Below, piece after piece: positions 40,078-49,403 of a stretch of DNA of 64,000 bases; position 1 is the stretch's first letter, and every line of letters starts with the position of its first letter. This stretch comes from Thermodesulfobacteriota bacterium. Its GTDB lineage: Bacteria > Desulfobacterota > Binatia > Bin18. Position numbers and translations under genes: made by a program. Location: NCBI GenBank assembly GCA_964291405.2, contig OZ219926.1:864001-928000 (forward strand), given 5' to 3'. The notes below the pieces were generated by a model. That model was not told the origin of the DNA, made no database searches, and saw only the letters and a list, made by a program, of their open reading frames with translations.

Positions 40078-42936
40078 ATGATTCTCGTTCTCTTCTTTCT
40101 GTCCGGTTTTACCGCCCTGCTGTACGAAGTGGTCTGGGAACGTCTCCTGCACGTCGTGTTCGGGCTGTCGACCTATGCCGTCACCGTGGTTACTGCGGCC
40201 TTCATGTTGGGTCTTGCCCTGGGCTATATGGCCGGCCAAAGCCGCCGCTTGTCCCGCTATCACCCCTTTGTCGTGTATGGCCTGGCAGAAGGATTGATCG
40301 GTGTTTTCGCCCTGATTTTTCCCTTTCTGCTGAAAATGATCGACGTGGTCTATGTAGCCTCCGGCGGCAGTTTTGCGCTGCAAATCGTTCTCACCCTACT
40401 CGCCCTGTCGCTGCCCGCAACACTGATGGGCCTCACCCTGCCCACCCTGGCCCGGCAGCTCGCTCAGGAAGGACGCACCGGACGCCGGATCGGGCTCTTA
40501 TACGCGATCAACACCACCGGTTCCGTGCTCGGAGCGTTTTTCGCCGGGGTCTTTTTTATTCGGACCTATGGCGTGTTTCAGACCACGCTGATCGCAACCG
40601 CGATCAATGCGGCAATCTGTCTGGTTGCCCTGATCCAACCCCGTCGGCCCGTCAAACAGGCGGACCACTCTGCAGAACAGACCGAACGTACGGGGCAGAC
40701 ATCCTCGCTCCCCGTCAGGTTGCTCTTTTTTCCGTTTATCACCGGCTTTACGGGCCTCGCGCTCCAGATCATCTGGGTGCGGACCCTGATCTGTGTGGTG
40801 TCGAACAACACCTATTCCTTCTCGGTTGTTCTGGCCGACATCCTCATGGGGTTAGCCCTGGGAGCGTGGCTCTATGCCGCGTGCGGGCCGTCACGCGCAA
40901 GCCAGCCGACCAAGGCGCTGGTGTTTCTGCTCGTTCAGGCTATTGGGGCGAGCGCAATTCTCGTTTCGTTAGGGATATTCAACCAGCTCCACGACGTCAC
41001 CCTGGACCTCAGTCGCTGGGTTGGCGGCAATCACTGGTTCGGCCTGGGTCTGGTCCGTTTTGCCGCGGCCGCGGTTGTGACTCTTATTCCAGCGACCGCT
41101 TCGGGCTTTGTTGTTCCTCTCCTCGTTGATCTTTTTCGCGACCAGACCCGGCGCTCCCCGCACAGCGCTGCCGGTGTTGTCTTTGCCGCCAACACCTTCG
41201 GCAGTCTGAGCGGTGCGCTCAGCGGTGGCCTGATCCTGATTCCACTGCTGGGACTGAGTCATGGCATGGTCTTTTTGGCTCTGCTGTCTGTCGGCGTCGG
41301 CCTCCTCCTGCTTCTGCTGACCCGTCCCTCTGGTGCGCTCAGGCTCACCTGGGGTGGCCTCGTCACGGCAGCGACCCTGGTGGTCGCCGTGCTCGTCCCC
41401 AAAGAACTGACGCTCATGAAGTGGTACGACCGCTTTGAGAATATCGAAGGGGAACTGCTGTTCTATCGGGAGGGCGTGTCCGGGACGTTGGCCGTTTTCC
41501 AGGTCGGTGAGATCAAAGAACTCTTTATCAACTGCATCGAGGAGGTGCCGACCCATCGGGATGCCGTCGCTACCTTTAAGATGCTGGGCCACCTGCCCCT
41601 GCTGCTCCAGCCCGACCCCAAACAGGTCCTGGTCAACGCGGTCGGCGGAGGAGTCACCTTAGGAGCGGCGACCAAACATGACGTGACTGTCGAGGCGGTA
41701 GACATTGTTCCCGATGTCCGCGCGGCCATGCATTTTTTTGGAGTCGAAAACGGCAATGTCGTTGAACGCACAAACTGGACGCTGATTGCCGATGATGGGC
41801 GAAATTATCTGAAAGTATCGCCCCATCGCTACGACGCGATTACCGCGGACGCCACCCATCCGGCCGCGGCAGAGTCCTGGATGCTGTATACGCTGGAGTA
41901 TTACCAACAGGTTTATGACAAACTGAATGACACCGGCGTCTATGTCCAGTGGCTGCCTTTGCACAATATGGCACCGACCGATTATTTGTCGGTACTGTCC
42001 ACCTTTCGGCGCGTGTTCCGCGAAGAGACCTTACTCCTGTTCACGAGCCGCTACACCCTGCTGGTCGGAGCCAAACAGCCCCTTGCTCTCTCTCCCGCCG
42101 TCCTGGACCAGCGTCTCAGTCAACTCAGCGCGGAGGTCCGTGCCGACCTGGAAGAGATCGGCATTACCCGCGGGCAGGATATTCTCAAGTCTATTATTTT
42201 TGATGGGCCACGCATCGATGCGCTGGTCGGAGATGACTATCCGCTCCTGACCGACGATCATACCTCGGTCGAGTTTGCCGAACTCAATCGGCTGGGCATT
42301 GCCGGCACGATGCCCTTTATCCTGGCCCGGCTTCTGCCCCATATTCAGCCGGACCGGTTGGCCGAACAGTATGGTGTCGAACCGACCGTCATGCTCGCCC
42401 GGGCCCTCTTCATGCGCTCCAAAGCGGTAGGCACGGATGAGCCGCTCGAACGTTCGTACGCAGCCCTCAGCGAGGTTGACCAGGCCGCTCGCCTGACCCC
42501 GGACGATAAGGATATTGCCTATTACCGCGAGATTACTACGCGGGAATTTCTGGACCTGCTGGTCGCCCGCTATGCGGAGTTGCTCAACTCCCCGAATCCG
42601 GGAACCCTTCTCCCCAAGGCCAGGCTGGCCGCCCACCTGCGACCGGACAATCCGTTTGTTCAGGAGTTGCTCGGTGTAACCTTGCTGAAATTAGAGCGGT
42701 ACGAAGAAGCGCTCGCCCCGCTCGAAGCAGCCGTAAAGGTGAGGCCGGGCGATTTCAACTATTTGTCGAATCTGGCGTTTGCCTATGAGCAGGTCGGACA
42801 CTATGCGGATGCGCTGCGTATGCTTCAACAGGCCAAGGAGGCGAACCCCAACGCGGCGCAAGTCCTGGACCAGGCCAGCACCCGCGTGGAACACAAGATG
42901 CGGACCACGGACGAAGCAGCAGGAGCCACCGAGTAG
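40078..42936 (+). CDS. Fused membrane domain / spermidine synthase-like protein with C-terminal TPR
   Basis: SGFTALLYEVVW, LYAINTTG, DDGRNYL..YDAITAD, VQWLP, TPR tail. Confidence 0.85.
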   Translation: MILVLFFLSGFTALLYEVVWERLLHVVFGLSTYAVTVVTAAFMLGLALGYMAGQSRRLSRYHPFVVYGLAEGLIGVFALIFPFLLKMIDVVYVASGGSFALQIVLTLLALSLPATLMGLTLPTLARQLAQEGRTGRRIGLLYAINTTGSVLGAFFAGVFFIRTYGVFQTTLIATAINAAICLVALIQPRRPVKQADHSAEQTERTGQTSSLPVRLLFFPFITGFTGLALQIIWVRTLICVVSNNTYSFSVVLADILMGLALGAWLYAACGPSRASQPTKALVFLLVQAIGASAILVSLGIFNQLHDVTLDLSRWVGGNHWFGLGLVRFAAAAVVTLIPATASGFVVPLLVDLFRDQTRRSPHSAAGVVFAANTFGSLSGALSGGLILIPLLGLSHGMVFLALLSVGVGLLLLLLTRPSGALRLTWGGLVTAATLVVAVLVPKELTLMKWYDRFENIEGELLFYREGVSGTLAVFQVGEIKELFINCIEEVPTHRDAVATFKMLGHLPLLLQPDPKQVLVNAVGGGVTLGAATKHDVTVEAVDIVPDVRAAMHFFGVENGNVVERTNWTLIADDGRNYLKVSPHRYDAITADATHPAAAESWMLYTLEYYQQVYDKLNDTGVYVQWLPLHNMAPTDYLSVLSTFRRVFREETLLLFTSRYTLLVGAKQPLALSPAVLDQRLSQLSAEVRADLEEIGITRGQDILKSIIFDGPRIDALVGDDYPLLTDDHTSVEFAELNRLGIAGTMPFILARLLPHIQPDRLAEQYGVEPTVMLARALFMRSKAVGTDEPLERSYAALSEVDQAARLTPDDKDIAYYREITTREFLDLLVARYAELLNSPNPGTLLPKARLAAHLRPDNPFVQELLGVTLLKLERYEEALAPLEAAVKVRPGDFNYLSNLAFAYEQVGHYADALRMLQQAKEANPNAAQVLDQASTRVEHKMRTTDEAAGATE

Positions 42937-42942
42937 GCACTG

Positions 42943-43141
42943 CTAGAGCGTTTCACGATACGTTGTCGTCATGCCAGTACGCGCTCGTCGGGAAGAACAC
43001 TGGCCTGCACCAAACGGCCTGGGAGGGGATGGGGGCGGCTCCCCTCCTGGGAGAGCCGCCAAGATGGCCGCTTGCGGGCTGGAAGCCCGCACTCCTCAAG
43101 GAGAAGAGAGACGCGCTCCTCAGCATCGTGATTTGCTCTAG
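42943..43141. mobile_element. CTAG-bounded MITE with GCGGGCTGGAAGCCCGC REP cargo
   Basis: Ends CTAGAGCGTTTCACGAT and (reverse complement) CTAGAGCAAATCACGAT; homologous to the ends of the 33886 element in inverted orientation. Confidence 0.75.
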
Positions 43142-44271
43142 GCCGAGCGGCGTTCGGCGATCAGTTGGTCAATTTCGTCCTTGAGGCGGTCCAGCACAAC
43201 GTCGTAGCCGAAGTGACCGAGCTTGACACTCTTCTTCTTGAGATTCACGGTTGTCGGCCCACACCACAGCCCCAGGTCCGCATCGTCGGTTTCTCCGGGA
43301 CCGTTGACCCGACAGCCCATGACGGCAATGGTGATGTCATGCTGCTTGGCGTAGGCGGACATGGTCTTGACCTCCTGCGCGAGCTCGACGAATTTCTCAT
43401 TTTCAACCCGCGAGCAGCTTGGACAGGAGATGATGTTCAGACCCTTTCCGAAGTCGGGGACTGAGATGAAACGGCCGTTTTGCGTGTCGTTGAGAATGGA
43501 GAAACCGGCGCTGACTTCCTCGTGTTTGCGCTCGTTGGGCAGGGTCAGGGACACACGAATCGTGTCGCCCACACCATTGGCCAACAGCTTTTCAAAAGCA
43601 ATCCGGCTCTTGATCACACCGTCCGGTGGCAAGCCGGCTTCGGTCACACCCAGATGGAGAGGCACATCCGGGCGCGTCTGGGAAAACCGGGTATTGGCCT
43701 CGACGACCTTGGCCGGGTCGGAATCCTTGAGCGACACAACGAAGCGCTCGTATTGCAGATCTTCCATGAGCTGGCAGTGATACAGGGTCGATTGAACCAG
43801 GGCTTCCATCTGATCGCCGGGATATTTTTCAAGGAAGGCGGGGGCTACCGAACCGCAGTTGACGCCAATCCGCATGGCGACATCATGCTCTCGGGCGACA
43901 TCAACCAGCCAGGCGACCTTTTCCGGAATGGTTTTCCGCTTTTCAATATGGTGCAGATGGCCGGGATTGTAGCGGATTTTGTCAACATGGGGTGCGACCT
44001 GGTTCGCGACCTTGTAGTTCTCCTGGAGATCGACGGAGAGGGTTGCCGTGGTTTGGGCCCGGATCTCTTTGAGGGCCGCGGCCTCTTTGGGATTGTCCAC
44101 CGCAATACGGACAATCCCCGCTCCGGCCTCTTCGAGTTGATGCACCTGAGCGACGGTAGCATCAATATCCGTTGTTTTGGTCGCGCACATGCTCTGCACA
44201 ACGATGGGTGCGCCCGCCCCAACCCGGACTTTGCCAACCTGGACTGCACGTGTGGGTTTTCTTTTCGGCAT
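43138..44271 (-). CDS. ispG: HMBPP synthase
   Basis: [39 protein letters not shown]. Confidence 0.93.
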   Translation of the reverse strand: MPKRKPTRAVQVGKVRVGAGAPIVVQSMCATKTTDIDATVAQVHQLEEAGAGIVRIAVDNPKEAAALKEIRAQTTATLSVDLQENYKVANQVAPHVDKIRYNPGHLHHIEKRKTIPEKVAWLVDVAREHDVAMRIGVNCGSVAPAFLEKYPGDQMEALVQSTLYHCQLMEDLQYERFVVSLKDSDPAKVVEANTRFSQTRPDVPLHLGVTEAGLPPDGVIKSRIAFEKLLANGVGDTIRVSLTLPNERKHEEVSAGFSILNDTQNGRFISVPDFGKGLNIISCPSCSRVENEKFVELAQEVKTMSAYAKQHDITIAVMGCRVNGPGETDDADLGLWCGPTTVNLKKKSVKLGHFGYDVVLDRLKDEIDQLIAERRSA

Positions 44272-44292
44272 GCTTTCAACCACTTCTGAGGT

Positions 44293-44463
44293 CTAGTGTT
44301 TCACCGGCATTTGGACAATGGGGGCATTGGGGTGCTGTTCGGCGTGTTCCTCCAGCCGCTGCTGGACCTCGGCGATCCATTGCCGGGCCTTTTCCTCGTC
44401 GATTTCCCCAGCGTCTCTCTTGCGGGCGACCTCATCCACAAACCGCTCGAAAAATGTTTTCAT
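44293..44463 (-). CDS. Small hypothetical protein, 56 aa (absent from ORF track)
   Basis: MKTFFERFVDEVARKRDAGEIDEEKARQWIAEVQQRLEEHAEQHPNAPIVQMPVKH*; directly upstream of ispG, same strand. Confidence 0.6.
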   Translation of the reverse strand: MKTFFERFVDEVARKRDAGEIDEEKARQWIAEVQQRLEEHAEQHPNAPIVQMPVKH

Positions 44464-44558
44464 ACGCCACTCTATTCCGCCCCTCGCCTATCACGAAATC
44501 GGCGAATGAGCTAGGCGGCCCGCTTCCGCCCGTTTGTGTCAGATGATACCGTCTCCAC

Positions 44559-45434
44559 ATGGGGGCCCAGATCGTCAAAGGCAAGGTCATCGCCCAGTCA
44601 GTGTATGCGGAACTTGGAGCGGAAATCTCCGAGTTGATCCAGAGCACCGGACGAAGACCCGTGCTGGTCAGTATTTATATCGGCTCGAACCCGGCCATCG
44701 AGGTCTATATCCGATCGATGAATCGGATTGCCCGAGGGTTGGGGATTGAGTATCGCTGGTACCATCTCCCGGACAATGCCCAAGAGGCCGAGGTGCTGCG
44801 CCGGTTGGAGCAGTTGAACCAGGACCCCGAAGTCACCGGCGTGATTATTCAGCTCCCCCTGCCTGAACATGTACGCCGCTCAGTCCTGGTCAACCATATT
44901 GCCCCACAAAAAGATGTGGACGGCACCCATCCGGAAAATGTCGGGGCCGCCGTCACCGGAGAGATGCGCATTGGCTCCTGTACCGCCCTGGCCGTCATGC
45001 GCCTTTTGGACGCAACCGGAATCGACATGGAAGGCAAAGAGGCGGTTATTGTCGGACACAGCGATCTGGTAGGGAAACCGCTCAGCCTGATGCTGGTCGA
45101 CCGCTTAGCCACCGTGACCATCTGCCATATCGCGACCGCTCAGCGGGGGCTGTTAGCCGAGCATGTTCGTCGGGCAGAGGTCCTCATTGTGGCAGTCGGC
45201 TCTCCCGGGCTGATCAAGGGCGACTGGGTCCGCCCCGGGGCAGCCGTGATCGACGTTGGTATCAATCAGGTGGGCTCACGTCTCGTTGGCGATGTGGAAT
45301 TTGACGCGGCCAAGGAACGCGCCGCATTTATCACGCCGGTTCCAGGCGGCGTCGGACCGGTGACGGTGTCCATGCTCATGAACAACACCGTCAACGCCTT
45401 CCGTACCCAGGTGGGACATCTGTCCGAAGGCTGA
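44559..45434 (+). CDS. folD: Methylenetetrahydrofolate dehydrogenase/cyclohydrolase
   Basis: QLPLP, KDVDG, VGKPL, DVGIN, TPVPGGVGP. Confidence 0.93.
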   Translation: MGAQIVKGKVIAQSVYAELGAEISELIQSTGRRPVLVSIYIGSNPAIEVYIRSMNRIARGLGIEYRWYHLPDNAQEAEVLRRLEQLNQDPEVTGVIIQLPLPEHVRRSVLVNHIAPQKDVDGTHPENVGAAVTGEMRIGSCTALAVMRLLDATGIDMEGKEAVIVGHSDLVGKPLSLMLVDRLATVTICHIATAQRGLLAEHVRRAEVLIVAVGSPGLIKGDWVRPGAAVIDVGINQVGSRLVGDVEFDAAKERAAFITPVPGGVGPVTVSMLMNNTVNAFRTQVGHLSEG

Positions 45435-45563
45435 GCACCCGGTCGATGAGGCCAACCCCCAAGATTTCATCATGCCGCCGACTGCCGATGCGATCAGGAG
45501 AGAGCGAACGCCGTCCTCATAGATGACCGGCAGCAACGCGCCGCGGTACATCTCAGGACGGGT

Positions 45564-46283
45564 TTACGGTCCCAACGGTTCTTCTTCGAGCGTCACCGTA
45601 ATCTGGAGGGGCCGGTTCTTTCGCAGGACTGAAAAGGCCACCTGGTCTCCGGGGCTGTAGCGCTGCATGGCTTCGGTAAAGTCCTGAGCGGTCCGAACCG
45701 GAGTGTTCTCAACCGCGACAATAAGGTCGCCGACAGGATGGCGCTCCCTGGTGATATGATCGTGAGCGGCAACGAGTGGCATGACAAACGGACCGGCCGG
45801 TGACATGGCCAGCGCAATGATAGCGGCCTTCTTCACTAAATCATTCCGGTTGTGCCGCGTTGGCGTATTCACGCCTTCGAAACCGGAACGATGCGCCGGA
45901 CTGCCCTCAATGACGCTTAAGACCCGGACGCCCTCCGGTCCCTCCTCGGCTGTGGCATACAGGACGCCGAGATAGGTGCGTTTGGACTCAACCGCTGACG
46001 GGTCGGGCCATTCAGACAGCTGACTGTCCGTTGCGGCAGAGGACCAGTCTTCGTGCGGATGCAATTCTCTGAAATCAGACGCTGGGAGTTCGGCCGGGGC
46101 GGCCGGTTGGCTCAGGCCACTCCGGACAGGAATCTCCAGCACTTGCGGGGCGCCGACCTCCTGGGCATGCTGGTCCGTATCAGCCGGAGCGTTCTGCGCC
46201 TGGGTGAGACGAGGCGCGGTCCAGAGACCGGCGGTCAGGACACCGGCCATAACAACTGGAAACCAGAGGACACGCGCCTGCAT
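45564..46283 (-). CDS. Exported PDZ domain protein
   Basis: Signal peptide; YLGV, GSPAHRSG, GDLIVAVE with an internal insertion. Confidence 0.75.
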   Translation of the reverse strand: MQARVLWFPVVMAGVLTAGLWTAPRLTQAQNAPADTDQHAQEVGAPQVLEIPVRSGLSQPAAPAELPASDFRELHPHEDWSSAATDSQLSEWPDPSAVESKRTYLGVLYATAEEGPEGVRVLSVIEGSPAHRSGFEGVNTPTRHNRNDLVKKAAIIALAMSPAGPFVMPLVAAHDHITRERHPVGDLIVAVENTPVRTAQDFTEAMQRYSPGDQVAFSVLRKNRPLQITVTLEEEPLGP

Positions 46284-46363
46284 TATCGGGCCTCCTTTTT
46301 GCCGTCCGCGCTCTTGGCTGCCCATTATTCATCCCTCGCTCTCAAAGCGCAAGCAGGCGCGTA

Positions 46364-46918
46364 TTACCGGGCCGATTTGAGCTTGGCCAGCTCAGCCTCC
46401 AGCTCACTGACCGGAAGGACCTCTCCGGGGTTCTGCATGACGCGGACAAAACGCACCACCCCGTCCGTATCAATCAGCACATAGGCTCTCTGGCTGAGCC
46501 GCTTTTCCCGGTCCAGCCAGCCGACATAGTTTTCAACCACCTCGGGGGCGTCAAACGCACTCAACAGCGGATAGCTGAGGGCCAGTTGTTCGCGAAATAT
46601 GCGCTGGGAAGCCGTGTGGTTCGTACTGATTCCCAGGACCACCGCGTCGAGTTGCTTTTCCTGCCGAGCATCCTGCCCGTTTGCTAACTGAAGGGTTCAG
46701 CCTGGGGTAAAGTCCAAAATATAAAACAACAGCAGAACATTCCGTTTTCCCGTAAAATCCGAGAGACAGACCGTCTCACCATCCTGTGCGGGCAAACAGA
46801 AGGCAGGCGCAGGACTCCCGACTTCAACCGCGGCACCGACGGGACGACCCCACAGCAGCAGACCGGCGATGAAGACTACGCACCAATTCCAGTTCAATTT
46901 GTTCATACCTATTCTCAT
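46364..46918 (-). CDS. Selenocysteine-containing peroxiredoxin (AhpC/TSA, BCP-like)
   Basis: ORFs 46697-46918 and 46364-46642 are in frame across a single TGA (46697-46699) at FTPG-U, the peroxidatic Cys position. Confidence 0.85.
46665..46679 (-). promoter_or_regulatory. Candidate bacterial SECIS hairpin
   Basis: CGGGCA-GGA-UGCUCG stem-loop starting 18 nt after the UGA, with G in the apical loop. Confidence 0.55.
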
Positions 46919-46929
46919 CCGTCATACGC

Positions 46930-47394
46930 CTAGCGTACGGCATACACGTCGTAGCGCACTTCGCCCCGTTCCAGATACGCCTCTCCGACCCCAACACACA
47001 GGCAACGATTCATCCATACATAGTCGGGGTGAGCGGTCTGACACCAGGGGTTCGTCCGAATCGGCGCCCCGCTGGGCGGAAGCTCGCCATCCAAAAATTT
47101 CTGATAGCCGTCCGCACCCAAATCCAACACGCCATTATAGGTCACATAAATCAATGCCCCATCATGGGCCTCAACGGTCGCCCGCACGTCGAGATACGCC
47201 ACCCCATCGGGCCGGACAGTCAGCCAGTCCGCGCCAACCGGACGCAGCTTGCCTTGCAGTTTGGGACCTTCGACTTCGCCGCCCGTGACGTATACATTGA
47301 CCCGAGCACCGCCGGGCACCGGCCCTATTGTTTCAGGCGGCATTTCCAGGGTAGCGGTATAGGAAAAGAGGTGCTCCATAGTATACTCGAACAT
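46930..47394 (-). CDS. DUF3237 domain protein
   Basis: VTGGEVEGP.LQG..GADW..LDVR..DGALIYV.Y.G. Confidence 0.85.
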   Translation of the reverse strand: MFEYTMEHLFSYTATLEMPPETIGPVPGGARVNVYVTGGEVEGPKLQGKLRPVGADWLTVRPDGVAYLDVRATVEAHDGALIYVTYNGVLDLGADGYQKFLDGELPPSGAPIRTNPWCQTAHPDYVWMNRCLCVGVGEAYLERGEVRYDVYAVR

Positions 47395-47486
47395 GTCATC
47401 TCCTTTTTACGGCGGTAGCCGATGAACAAGAGAAGACCTACCCCGTCCCCCCCAAGGCGTCAAGACAAAGGAAAAGGAGTCAGCCT

Positions 47487-47708
47487 ATGGCGAAAGCCCA
47501 ACACTGTCTGATGTGTGCCGACGAGCTCTATCGGATGAGCAACTATGGAGAGCCGGCGGACGGCAACTGGCCACCCATGGTTGAGGACGAAAAATACGGG
47601 ACGCTGATTATCTGTCCCGCGTGCGAGGCGGAGCACCTCACCTTTATGGATGACACCCCCGGTCATCCACCGGTGCGGCGTATTCGGATGCTCAAGCCCC
47701 GCGAATAG
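47487..47708 (+). CDS. Small putative zinc-binding protein
   Basis: RBS AAGGAG; CLMC...CPAC. Confidence 0.6.
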   Translation: MAKAQHCLMCADELYRMSNYGEPADGNWPPMVEDEKYGTLIICPACEAEHLTFMDDTPGHPPVRRIRMLKPRE

Positions 47709-47710
47709 AC

Positions 47711-49105
47711 TCAGTGCCCGGCGGACGCCCGCGCCTGTATGGCCTGGTATTCGGGCTCAAAGAAAAATTGGGGTTCCCCGCCGGCGGGTTTGAGGTGGTC
47801 GAGCCAGGTTGCGTCGGGGTCGAACTTGGCAAAGAACGGTCGCTGGACCCAATCGGCATTCCGCCCCTGGATAAAGCGCAGGACAAAGACTTTTTCGCCG
47901 TTTACTTCAGTGATGCCCTGCACCTCGACCTTGCCCGGTCCCGCGCTCATGGACGGGCCACGGGCGGTCCGCGCCAGGCCGGAGACCTGGGAAATGGCCT
48001 CACGGTAAATCTCCCAGGCACGAGCCAGCGGCACCTCAAAATAACACCGCGCCCCGGTATCGCGCTCAACGAACATATAGTACGGAATGATGCCCAAGCG
48101 GACCTGTGTCCGCCACAACCGGGTCCACACCGCGGCGTCATCGTTGATATGGGCCAGGAGCGGCCCCTGACCACGGATAACAACGCCGGTCGAGCGCAGA
48201 CGCCGGACCGCCTCACGGACCTCCGGCTGTTCCAATTCTCTCCAGTGGTTATAGTGCGCCATGAACGCCACATGCTTGCCGGCCGCGACGAGCTGCTCAC
48301 ACAGACGCATGAGATCGTCGGCATCCGCATCGCTCGTAAAGCGGAAGGGCCAGTAGGTCAGCGCTTTTGTGCCGATCCGAATGGTCTGGACGTGCTCGAA
48401 CTCCGGTTGGAGCAAGGGACGCAGGTATTCGGCCAAATGGTGGGTCTTCATGACCATCGGGTCTCCGCCGGTCATGAGCAGATCACTCACCTGCGGCTGT
48501 GAGGCCAGATAGCTATGCAGTTGACCGGCGTCGTTTGAATTAAAACGCAGCTCTTGAATGCCCACGAACTGCGCCCAGCGAAAACAGAAGGTGCAATAGG
48601 TATGGCACGTCTGGCCTTGGCTCGGGAAAAAGAGGACGGTTTCGCGATACTTATGCTGCATGCCGGGCAGAGATTCGCCGTCCAGGTGCGGGACGTTCAT
48701 CTGCTGTTGGCCGGCGGGATGCGGGTTCAGCCGAATACGGATCTCGTCCGCTGCGGCTTTGACCGCGATGCGATCCGCCCCTTTCCTGAGCAGATCAGCC
48801 ATGCGCTCAAAGTCTTCCGGCTGCAACATGCCCGGCTGCGGAAAAGTCAACTGGAACATGGGGTCATCGGGGATATTGTCCCAATCAATGAGATGCTCGA
48901 TGACGTACGGATTGATGCGAAAGGGCAGGACAGTGGCGACAACCCGCATCTGAAAACGTTGCTCATCGGATAAGCGTTGCAGTTGCGGAATCTGGTCGAG
49001 GTGGCGCTCATTGTACACCTTGAAGCGTGGAGCGGAGGATTCGGGCGTGACGGCAATAGAGGAGCCGTTTGCAATATCCAGGCGGTGGGCCGTTTCGTCC
49101 AGCAT
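47711..49105 (-). CDS. KamA-family radical SAM aminomutase (lysine/arginine 2,3-aminomutase-like)
   Basis: HKYRETVL, CHTYCTFC, TGGDP, IRIGTK, PYYMF, SAGPGKV (PLP Lys). Confidence 0.88.
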   Translation of the reverse strand: MLDETAHRLDIANGSSIAVTPESSAPRFKVYNERHLDQIPQLQRLSDEQRFQMRVVATVLPFRINPYVIEHLIDWDNIPDDPMFQLTFPQPGMLQPEDFERMADLLRKGADRIAVKAAADEIRIRLNPHPAGQQQMNVPHLDGESLPGMQHKYRETVLFFPSQGQTCHTYCTFCFRWAQFVGIQELRFNSNDAGQLHSYLASQPQVSDLLMTGGDPMVMKTHHLAEYLRPLLQPEFEHVQTIRIGTKALTYWPFRFTSDADADDLMRLCEQLVAAGKHVAFMAHYNHWRELEQPEVREAVRRLRSTGVVIRGQGPLLAHINDDAAVWTRLWRTQVRLGIIPYYMFVERDTGARCYFEVPLARAWEIYREAISQVSGLARTARGPSMSAGPGKVEVQGITEVNGEKVFVLRFIQGRNADWVQRPFFAKFDPDATWLDHLKPAGGEPQFFFEPEYQAIQARASAGH

Positions 49106-49136
49106 AGAGATACCTCCTCCGAGGAGTCTCCTCTTT

Positions 49137-49204
49137 CCCACTCACACCGCTTCGTACCCACTCACACCGCTTCATATCCACTTACCAACACATACCGCTT
49201 CATA
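49137..49204. repeat. Imperfect 20-bp tandem repeat upstream of the aminomutase gene
   Basis: CCCACTCACACCGCTTCGTA, CCCACTCACACCGCTTCATA, partial copy, CCAACACATACCGCTTCATA. Confidence 0.8.
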
Positions 49205-49403
49205 CACTGCGAGCCTGAGAAAAGAGGGCAGCTCTCCCTCACTGGAGAGCGAAGGGAGACTGTAGAAAGAAATAGGCGAAAAGTCAAATAAAAAGGCTAT
49301 TTACGAGAACGGAGTTTTATTCCAGACCAAAGAAGGGGATGCGTCCTTCTGCCCTCTCCTTGGTCTGAAGACGCTGCCGCCTGGTGAGCGTGAGAGGCGG
49401 AAT

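Noticed and set aside
49137-49204. Possible mini-CRISPR array
   Set aside because: Repeats are head-to-tail without unique spacers, and there are no cas genes in the window.
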